Shown here one piece after another: positions 11,992-19,855 of a stretch of DNA of 64,000 bases; position 1 is the first letter of the stretch, and each line of letters begins with the position of its first letter. The stretch comes from Hyphomicrobiales bacterium. Lineage in GTDB: Bacteria; Pseudomonadota; Alphaproteobacteria; Rhizobiales; NORP267. Location: contig JAJFGZ010000037.1 in NCBI GenBank assembly GCA_021775855.1, forward strand, positions 77,006-141,005. Reading direction: 5' to 3'. Position numbers and translations under genes: made by a program. The notes under the pieces are model-generated. The model did not search any database. It worked only from the letters and a program-made list of their open reading frames with translations, and was not told where the DNA came from.

Positions 11992-13386
11992 GTGAGCAAT
12001 ACACCCCTTCATACACCTGGATGGCACGCAAAAGAGTTTCGCGCGCCAGAATCTAAAATCGGTTCCGACTATTTTGAACTGGAGCTTCGCGGCAACGTCG
12101 CTCGGCACCGGGGGCCCGCCCTTGCCAAAATACTTGGACTTGGTGCCCTGTTTGTCCTGGCGGGTTGGGCGGCGCTGACCAGCATCTATATTCTGCTTCA
12201 CGACGATCTGTTGTCGGCAGCTCTCCAGGAGCGCCAGCACATGCAAGCCGGGTACGAAGACCGGATCGCAGGATTGCGTGGCGAGATTGGCGCGATTACC
12301 GGTCAATTGATGCTGAACGAAGACCAGTTCGACGTTAAACTCAGCCGGATCAGGGAGCGTCAGTCTCTGCTCGAATCGCGCCAAGACCGGCTTTCAACGC
12401 TTGCCAACGATCCCAGACAATTACGCCTCGCTAACATCGTGGACCGATCGCGCGAAGACATCACGGGAAGCACGGAGCCGGCCCACGACCGCGTCAGCGA
12501 AAATTCATCGCAGGATGCCCAGGGTGGCCCCATTGGTTCCGGCACGATCAGATTGGCATTTACCGTGCCGTCGTTCCCGAGAACTGTTTCCAGACTGCCT
12601 TTCAGCAGTCTCGGTGATACCGGGCTTCCACCCCAGCCGCTCAACAGGGCAGACGCGGATTTACAACGACTGGTATCCGATCAGAAATCGCTGGAAACCG
12701 ATCAGTTTTCAGAACTTACGCGTATGGAAGAAGATGCAGAATCGGCAATCCAAATTCTCACCGACGCGATAACCAGGATCGGTTTTACCCCGCGATCGGC
12801 GCTCGATTCCCTGAATTCCGCAGCCGCTACTTCCTACGTTTCAACCGGCCAGCCAGCCCGCATGCAAGTCACGCCAATGCCGCTTTCGCCAGCAACCAAT
12901 TTCGAAAGTCAATTGCAGCGCGTTCGTGCCCGTCTCGACCAAGCAAACACGCTTTTTCTCGCTTCGTTGCAATATCCTATCCGGAGACCATTGCCGGCTG
13001 AGCAAACTATTTCCAGTCCTTACGGATCCAGAATTGACCCCTTCCACCGGAGACCCAGCTTCCATAGCGGTATAGATATTCGCGCACCTACCGGATTGCC
13101 GGTTCAGGCTACGGCAGCCGGAGTGGTTGTTAGCGCGGGAAATGCCGGGGGTTATGGACTGCGTGTTGAGGTTTCCCACGGCGCTGGGCTTGTGACCCGG
13201 TACGCCCATATGAGCGCCATTGATGTTCGCGAAGGCCAACGGATTTCAGCGGGTGATATTGTTGGCAAAGTCGGCTCGACCGGGCGTAGCACCGGACCGC
13301 ACCTGCATTACGAAATCCGCCGCGCCGGGAATACCATTGATCCCATGCGGATGGTTCAGGCCGGCGAAGAACTGCTCATAAATTGA
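11992..13386 (+). CDS. M23/LytM-family peptidoglycan metalloendopeptidase with N-terminal TM and coiled-coil region
   Basis: 464 aa. The C-terminal domain carries M23 motifs HSGIDI…, …YAHMS… and GSTGRSTGPHLHYEIR. GTG start. Confidence 0.85.
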   Translation: MSNTPLHTPGWHAKEFRAPESKIGSDYFELELRGNVARHRGPALAKILGLGALFVLAGWAALTSIYILLHDDLLSAALQERQHMQAGYEDRIAGLRGEIGAITGQLMLNEDQFDVKLSRIRERQSLLESRQDRLSTLANDPRQLRLANIVDRSREDITGSTEPAHDRVSENSSQDAQGGPIGSGTIRLAFTVPSFPRTVSRLPFSSLGDTGLPPQPLNRADADLQRLVSDQKSLETDQFSELTRMEEDAESAIQILTDAITRIGFTPRSALDSLNSAAATSYVSTGQPARMQVTPMPLSPATNFESQLQRVRARLDQANTLFLASLQYPIRRPLPAEQTISSPYGSRIDPFHRRPSFHSGIDIRAPTGLPVQATAAGVVVSAGNAGGYGLRVEVSHGAGLVTRYAHMSAIDVREGQRISAGDIVGKVGSTGRSTGPHLHYEIRRAGNTIDPMRMVQAGEELLIN

Positions 13387-13550
13387 CACCCCGGTCTGTG
13401 GTCCCGCGACAATTCTCTTTGTCTTCTGACCGTCTGCCGGAAACGGGAGGCCGCCTCCAAAATCCAGTCAAATATCTGCGTTCCTTCGCATCAATATGAG
13501 CGCGAAATGAAATTTCGAATTTCCGGCCTCTCGTCCAACCCGTTTCGCAA

Positions 13551-13588
13551 CCTATACGGTTTGTCCGACAACGGGCTGACCGTATAGG
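13551..13588. repeat. Long imperfect inverted repeat (17-position stem, ACAA loop)
   Basis: CCTATACGGTTTGTCCG-ACAA-CGGGCTGACCGTATAGG. By hand pairing there are 14 Watson-Crick pairs, 2 G:T pairs and 1 mismatch. A G5/C6 hairpin follows immediately at 13587..13605. Confidence 0.6.
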
Positions 13589-13657
13589 GGGTGAAACGGC
13601 CCCCCTTCTCAATCTTGAAAATGCAACGACAACTTCCAGAGAAATCGATGTTGATTT

Positions 13658-13673
13658 TGGCATTGATATTGCC
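13658..13673 (+). promoter_or_regulatory. Candidate sigma-54 (-24/-12) promoter element
   Basis: TGGCAT-TGATA-TTGCC compared with the consensus TGGCAC-N5-TTGCW. It ends 57 nt upstream of the ATG at 13730. Confidence 0.3.
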
Positions 13674-13729
13674 ACCTATGCGAACCATCTAAAAACAGAG
13701 GCTGCGGCACATCTAGAGGAGACCAATCA

Positions 13730-13915
13730 ATGAGCAAGGTTTTGGAAAGCGAAAACCGGTCCGATGACTGCTGCGGCGGTCCGGCGCCTGAAGGCATTGA
13801 CGCTTGTTGCAAGCTAGACGCTGACGCAAAAGCCGAAGCTAAAACCGGCTGCGGGTGCGGCCAAGCTCAGGACGAGCCCAAAGCCACGTCTGCAAAGCAC
13901 GACGGTTGCTGTTGA
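13730..13915 (+). CDS. Hypothetical 61-aa cysteine-pair-rich acidic protein (possible metal- or thiol-binding microprotein)
   Basis: MSKVLESENRSDDCCGGPAPEGIDACCKLDADAKAEAKTGCGCGQAQDEPKATSAKHDGCC has 8 Cys arranged as CC, CC, CxC and a C-terminal CC. SD GAGGAG lies 8 nt upstream of the ATG. No family recognised. Confidence 0.5.
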   Translation: MSKVLESENRSDDCCGGPAPEGIDACCKLDADAKAEAKTGCGCGQAQDEPKATSAKHDGCC

Positions 13916-13959
13916 AGACCTGTAGTTGAGGCACCCGTACGACGCACCAAACGCGCCGC

Positions 13960-15091
13960 CTATTCCAGATCATCCACCGCAACACCTTCGCTGCCGTCGA
14001 CACGTTGGGCCAATGCAGCAGCCATAAAATCGTCCAGGGCGCCATCCAACACCGCGCTTGGATTGGTATGTTCGATGCCGGTGCGAAGGTCCTTTACCAG
14101 TTGATAGGGTTGCAGCACGTAGCTACGGATCTGATGACCCCAACCGATTTCAGTTTTTGACGCGGCGGCGTCTTGAGCGGCGTCCTCGCGCTCCTGCAAT
14201 TCTTTTTCGTATAGGCGTGCCCGCAACATGGACCAGGCGGTTGCCTTGTTCTTATGCTGCGAACGTTCGTTCTGGCACTGGACGACGATGCCTGTTTCCA
14301 GATGGGTAATCCGAACCGCGCTGTCGGTCGTATTCACGTGCTGACCACCGGCACCGCTTGCTCGGTATGTGTCTATGCGGACATCAGATTCCGAGACATC
14401 TATATCGATCTCGTCGTCGACAACCGGGAAAACCCAGGCGCTGGCGAAACTGGTGTGCCGGCGGGCGTTTGAATCGAACGGGGATATTCGGACCAGGCGG
14501 TGAACGCCGGATTCAGTCTTCAGCCAGCCATAGGCATTGGCGCCTTTGACAAGCAGCGTCGCAGATTTAATGCCCGCTTCTTCGCCTGGTGTCGACTGGA
14601 TGACTTCGCTTTTATTTCCCTTGGATTCGGCCCAGCGGGCGTACATGCGCAGCAGCATTTCCGCCCAATCCTGGCTTTCCGTACCGCCGGCGCCGGCGTG
14701 AATTTCAACATAGGCGTCGTTGCCATCGGCTTCGCCCGACAGTAGCGTTTCCAGTTGAGATTTTGCTGCACCTATGGATAAAGCGCGCAATCCATCGATT
14801 GCTTCGCCGATCACCGCTTCGTCGTCCTCCGCCTCCGCCAATTCGATCAGATCGATGGAGTCAGCCAACCCTGTCTCCATATCCAACACAGCACTGATAC
14901 CCGCATCAAGTTGCTGGCGTTCGCGCATCAATTTTTGGGCCTGCCGGGTATCGTTCCACAAACCAGGGTCTTCGGCGGCCTTGTTCAGCTCCCCAAGGCG
15001 CGTGTTGGCGACATCCCAGTCAAAGGTGCCTCCTTAGAAGGCTGATCGCCTCCTTGATTTCGTCGGCAAGGGCCTGGGCTTCTGCACGCAT
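13960..15091 (-). CDS. prfB: Peptide chain release factor 2, expressed through a programmed +1 ribosomal frameshift
   Basis: The track ORF 13960..14961 carries SPF (RISPFDS) and GGQ (SGAGGQHVN). The upstream frame ATG 15091 encodes [23 protein letters not shown] and stops at TGA 15022..15020 within CTT TGA C. Shifting +1 to GAC 15021..15019 joins the main frame. Confidence 0.95.
15019..15034 (-). promoter_or_regulatory. RF2 autoregulatory frameshift cassette
   Basis: The reverse strand reads AGGAGG CAC CTT TGA C: an internal SD-like AGGAGG 3 nt before the slippery CTT, followed by in-frame TGA and then C. Confidence 0.9.
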
Positions 15092-15182
15092 AAATATTCT
15101 CGATTGAATCGGTTGGAAACGAGTGGAGATTAGGTTTTCAAGGAGACCAAGTAAATGCCACTGGATCGGCAGGTAGCCAAAT

Positions 15183-17642
15183 TCAGTACAGACCACCTGT
15201 TCCTGAAATGATCGCGAGATCGGATTGAGGGTCGACTGTCAGCGGGCGCCCCAACTCATCCGTGAAGCCGATGATCGAGTAACTGTCAGGCGGAAATTCG
15301 CCTGGTTTAAAGGCCTCGTCGATAACCAATTCGTCACCCGCCTGGGCACGCAGGCCGGTTTTCGCGTTAATCCGAAAAAGCTGGATACCGGGGGGCGCGC
15401 GGAACGGAATTGCAGGAGTGTCGGCCAACGCCATCTGCATGAAATCCCGGAAAATCGGTGCAGCGACTCCGCCGCCAGTTGCTCTCCGTCCCATCGGTCG
15501 CGGCGTATCGAAACCTATGAAGACGCCAACCGCGAGATCTGGTGAATAGCCCACGAACCAGGCATCGCGGACGTCGTTGGTGGTCCCGGTTTTCCCGGCA
15601 AGCGGCCGGTCAACGGTGCGCACAACGGTGGCCGTGCCGCGCTGGATCACGCCCTCCATCATGGACGTTATCTGATACGCGGTATGGGGATCGATGATTT
15701 GGGTGCCGATCTCCGAGAGCACGGGTTCGGGTTGGTTCTCCCACGAATCTACCGCACATCCCAAGCAAGGCCGCTCGTCATAGCGGAATATTGTCCGTCC
15801 CCATCGATCCTGAATTCTGTCGATCAGAGTCGGCGTGATTTGTCGCCCGCCATTGGCCAGCATACCGTAAGCATTAGTGAGGCGCAGCACCGTGGTCTCG
15901 CCTGAACCGAGCGCCATGGCCAGTACGGGCGAAAGATCGTCATAAATTCCAAACCGTTCGGCATAGTCGACCACGAGCGGCATCCCCATATCCTGCGCCA
16001 GCCGAACGGTCATGACATTGCGCGAGCGTTCGATACCCAGCCGCAGGGTCGAGGGACCATAGAATTCGCGACCGTAATTTTGGGGCCGCCAGATATCCTG
16101 CCCCGCGCCCTGTTCGACCTCGATCGGGGCGTCCATGATCACGCTTGAAGGGGTATATCCATTGTCAAGTGCGGTTGCATACACGAATGGTTTGAAGGCC
16201 GATCCCGGCTGCCGGTAGGCCTGTGTCGCTCGATTGAACTCGCTCTCGGCGTAGGAAAATCCGCCGACCAGGGCGTGGACCCGACCGGTATGGGGGTCGA
16301 GAACGACGATCGCCCCATCGACTTCGGGGTTCTGCATCAATTCCCAAATATCGCTGTCGCTGGAGGGGCCTATATAAACCACGTCGCCGACTGACAGCGC
16401 GTCGTCAACTCCGCGGAGTTCGGATCCGAGTCGACTATCGCCCAGCGCCTCGCGGGCCCACTCAACGCCGTCTAGGGGAAGCTCCGCATTTTCGCGCGCA
16501 GGCGACAACAGACCAGTAGGGAGCAAGCCCGGGCGCAAACCCATAATTGCACGCTGGGCATTGACCTCCAGGACAACCGCGAGCCGCCATGGTTCCACAT
16601 CACTGAGAATATCGATCTCGCCGAGAGCCTTGCCCCAGTCGCCATCGACTTCGATCTGCGTCTCAGCGCCGCGCCAGCCGCGCGTTCGGTCGAAACGCAC
16701 CAACCCATCGACAAGTGCACGCCTGGCCATGACCTGCATCGCGGGGTCAAGGGTTGTGCGAACCGAAAGACCGCCCTCATAGAGTTTGTCTTCGCCATAG
16801 ATATTGAGTAGTTCCCGTCGAACTTCCTCGGCAAAAAATTCGGCCGCAAAAATCTGGGCCCCGGGCGGGCGGAACTGCACAGTGAGCGGCGAATCCTTTG
16901 CTGCGTCGAGGTCCTCGGATGTGATGTAACCATTGATATACATCCGCTCGAGCACCCAGTTGCGCCGTTCAATGGCGGCTTCAGGCTGGCGGATCGGGTG
17001 ATAGTTATTCGGCGCTTTTGGTAATGCAGCAAGGAAGGCCATTTCGGCGACGGTCAATTCACCAACCGACTTTGAAAAATAGTTCAAAGAAGCAGCAGCT
17101 ACGCCATAAGAACCGATGCCCAAATAAATCTCGTTCAGGTAAAGCTCGAGAATTTCGTCCTTGGTGAACGTCGATTCGATTTTGATGGCGAGCAGAGCTT
17201 CCCTGAGTTTGCGTTCATACGATTGCTCGCCCGAAAGCAAGAAATTTTTCGCAACCTGCTGGGTAATGGTCGAAGCTCCAACCGGTCTTCGATTCGATCC
17301 GAAATTTTGAATGTTGACTAAAACCGCCCTTGCGATGCCGCTATAGTCCAGACCGGAATGGCTGTAGAAGTTCTTGTCTTCCGCAGAAAGGAACGCCTGG
17401 ATCAACGGCTCCGGAATAATATTGATTGGTAGATAAAGTCGGCGTTCGCGGGCATATTCCGCGACCAGACTGCCGTCGGCCGCGTGGATGCGAGTGGTCA
17501 CAGGGGGTTCGTACTGGGCCAGAATTTCATAATCCGGCAAATCCTGGGACGCGCTCCAGACAATATAGGCAACTGCGGCAGCACCGACCAGTGCAACGAC
17601 CGAACCGACAGCGAAAAGGAATCCAAAGAACTTCAGAAACAT
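15183..17642 (-). CDS. mrcA: Penicillin-binding protein 1A (bifunctional glycosyltransferase/transpeptidase)
   Basis: 819 aa with an N-terminal TM. GT51 motifs EDKNFYSH and RKLREA. Transpeptidase motif SAFKP. Confidence 0.95.
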   Translation of the reverse strand: MFLKFFGFLFAVGSVVALVGAAAVAYIVWSASQDLPDYEILAQYEPPVTTRIHAADGSLVAEYARERRLYLPINIIPEPLIQAFLSAEDKNFYSHSGLDYSGIARAVLVNIQNFGSNRRPVGASTITQQVAKNFLLSGEQSYERKLREALLAIKIESTFTKDEILELYLNEIYLGIGSYGVAAASLNYFSKSVGELTVAEMAFLAALPKAPNNYHPIRQPEAAIERRNWVLERMYINGYITSEDLDAAKDSPLTVQFRPPGAQIFAAEFFAEEVRRELLNIYGEDKLYEGGLSVRTTLDPAMQVMARRALVDGLVRFDRTRGWRGAETQIEVDGDWGKALGEIDILSDVEPWRLAVVLEVNAQRAIMGLRPGLLPTGLLSPARENAELPLDGVEWAREALGDSRLGSELRGVDDALSVGDVVYIGPSSDSDIWELMQNPEVDGAIVVLDPHTGRVHALVGGFSYAESEFNRATQAYRQPGSAFKPFVYATALDNGYTPSSVIMDAPIEVEQGAGQDIWRPQNYGREFYGPSTLRLGIERSRNVMTVRLAQDMGMPLVVDYAERFGIYDDLSPVLAMALGSGETTVLRLTNAYGMLANGGRQITPTLIDRIQDRWGRTIFRYDERPCLGCAVDSWENQPEPVLSEIGTQIIDPHTAYQITSMMEGVIQRGTATVVRTVDRPLAGKTGTTNDVRDAWFVGYSPDLAVGVFIGFDTPRPMGRRATGGGVAAPIFRDFMQMALADTPAIPFRAPPGIQLFRINAKTGLRAQAGDELVIDEAFKPGEFPPDSYSIIGFTDELGRPLTVDPQSDLAIISGTGGLY

Positions 17643-17818
17643 ATCAGTTCACATCCGCCCGGCACTTGAGGTCCCATTCCAGGACGACTCGCTGTGATAT
17701 CTGCTTGCGAAACAGATATTCGTTTGCACCACCAATAACAAGAGTTGGGACATATTGTGACTGCTTCAGGGCACAATCGCGGCTACCCACAGATTGGCAA
17801 CACTTGGTTCGAGAGTTA

Positions 17819-19111
17819 TTACCGCGCATCGAAAAACGCCTTCACTGCGTCTAGCAACGAGGCTGTAATTTTGTCCCGCCAATCGCGAGATTGCAAATCG
17901 CGCACATCACTGGCGTTGCTGAGATACCCCAGTTCGATCAATACAGAGGGGACGTCTGGCGCTTTCAGAACACGAAAACCGGCGAACCGATGCGGGTTGC
18001 GGTTGAGTTGAATGACGCCGCGCATGGCATCGATCGCGTCTTTGGCAAATTGAATGGAATAATTCTTGGTCTCGCGCATCGCCAGATCAATCAGGATTCC
18101 CGACACGTCATCGGTTTCGTTGCGAAGGTCGAGGCCCGCAATAACGTCTGACTTGTTTTCCGTGGCAGCCAGCGCCGCAGCTTCCTGATCGGATGCTTCT
18201 TCAGAGACGGTGTAAACAGTTGCACCACGAACCGTGGCGACCCGGAAACTGTCGGCATGGATTGAGATGAACAAGGCGGCCTGGCGTTCGCGGGCAAATT
18301 CCACACGGTCAGCGAGCGGGATGTAGATATCCGTGTCGCGGGTGAGAACGACATTGAATGCCCCGCCAGTCTCGAGCCTTTGTTCCAGTGCCTTGGCAAA
18401 GGCCAGGACAATATTTTTCTCCTGCACGCCATTTCTGGCAACCGTGCCGCTATCGATCCCCCCGTGCCCCGGATCAACGACGATCAAGGGTACATTGTTG
18501 TCCCGCCGCAATTCGGGCGGTGGCGGCAGCGGCGTTGCTGTTTGCAACGGTGGGGGAGCTGGCGCGGCGGCATTCATGCGGCGCATGAAAGTTTCCCGGT
18601 CGGTCGGGATCAGATCAACTACCAGTCGCCCCGGCTGCCCGTCCTGGGGCGGCAACACAAACGAGCGGTCTATAAAGACCGGTCCGGTTGCGTCCAACAC
18701 AATCCTAGATTGCCCGACCGCCAGCAATCCGTAGCGAAACGCACTGATCAACCCCCTACCCTGCTGACCAATACTAGCCGGAAAATCGAAGGTGATTTGC
18801 GGCAAGTCGATGATGACCCGGTAAGGGTCAGCCAGAATGAAAACCCGGAAATCCACCGGGCGATCAATATCGACCACAAAACGTGTACGGACATCATCTC
18901 CGCCAATGCGCACGCCATTGGCGACCGCCATTGTCGAATTCGTTTGCTGGGCCGTAGCCGGTAACGCCGAAAATCCAATTCCTGCCAGCAACAGAATCAC
19001 CCTGAGAAGAGTGCAAAAATATGTGCCTGCGGTTAGGGGTGAAGACATTTTTCTGCGCCCGTTGCGATCCAACGCGGATTCCATTTGTGCCTGATTGCCC
19101 CGTTTCGACAT
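17819..19111 (-). CDS. amiC: N-acetylmuramoyl-L-alanine amidase (AmiC-type, AMIN domain plus Amidase_3)
   Basis: 430 aa with a signal peptide. N-terminal AMIN-like region (RFVVDIDRPVDFRVFILADPYRVIIDLP). C-terminal Amidase_3 motifs (VVDPGHGGIDSG…, …SIHAD…). Confidence 0.88.
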   Translation of the reverse strand: MSKRGNQAQMESALDRNGRRKMSSPLTAGTYFCTLLRVILLLAGIGFSALPATAQQTNSTMAVANGVRIGGDDVRTRFVVDIDRPVDFRVFILADPYRVIIDLPQITFDFPASIGQQGRGLISAFRYGLLAVGQSRIVLDATGPVFIDRSFVLPPQDGQPGRLVVDLIPTDRETFMRRMNAAAPAPPPLQTATPLPPPPELRRDNNVPLIVVDPGHGGIDSGTVARNGVQEKNIVLAFAKALEQRLETGGAFNVVLTRDTDIYIPLADRVEFARERQAALFISIHADSFRVATVRGATVYTVSEEASDQEAAALAATENKSDVIAGLDLRNETDDVSGILIDLAMRETKNYSIQFAKDAIDAMRGVIQLNRNPHRFAGFRVLKAPDVPSVLIELGYLSNASDVRDLQSRDWRDKITASLLDAVKAFFDAR

Positions 19112-19855
19112 TCTAGACGAACGTGGTCCAATGCTAACAAAACGTTTAATTTATACCTGTTAACACTTTATTATTGTAAATTCTTGGACCGGTAACCAGC
19201 CTGTTGGTTATCTTGCATTTTTATCTTTCTGGTCTTGAAATGCTGCGTTGATATAACTACTAAGTCTATGTGACGTGTTTTTTATGATCGGGCATATATC
19301 GGTATAGATTCAGAAATCGCCGGTTTCCCCTTCATCATTCATGGATCATGCAGTCTGTTGATCGTGTGATCTAAAATTGGCCACTTTGAGTGCCAACCGG
19401 AATTAAAAATTCCGTCATTTCTGCGATTATACGCAGAGCCTTTGAAGAATTCGATGCCTGATCCGGAACTGGCAATATGCCGCGTTTGAGATTGGGCAGC
19501 AGGATACGACCCGGAAGTGAAGAGTATGTTTTCCCGGGATCGATAGTTTGATTTCTCGGACCGGTTATTTTTATCGCCGGCGGGAATTCGGAAGTTTAGA
19601 TGTAATGCGCAACGCCAACTACAAGTCACCTCGGGCATCCAGTGAATGGGTGTCGAAATCCGTTTCGGCAGATTTTGGTACCCCGCCGGAACGTCACGGG
19701 ACAATGTGTTCTGTTGGCTCGCGCGCTACGAATTTTTATCAAAAAAACAATGGCGTACCCGCTGAAACGCGCGCTTCACAGCGCGCGAGTTCTCGTATGC
19801 AAATATTATATTTGGCAACGGAACCCTACGGGTTGCGCCATGGAGAAAGTACACC

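Noticed and set aside
13376-13675. A 99-aa ORF on the - strand covers the dyad-rich gap after the M23 peptidase gene.
   Set aside because: It has no SD, is Arg-rich, and spans the hairpins and palindromes, which are better explained as non-coding structure. It also overlaps the peptidase stop.
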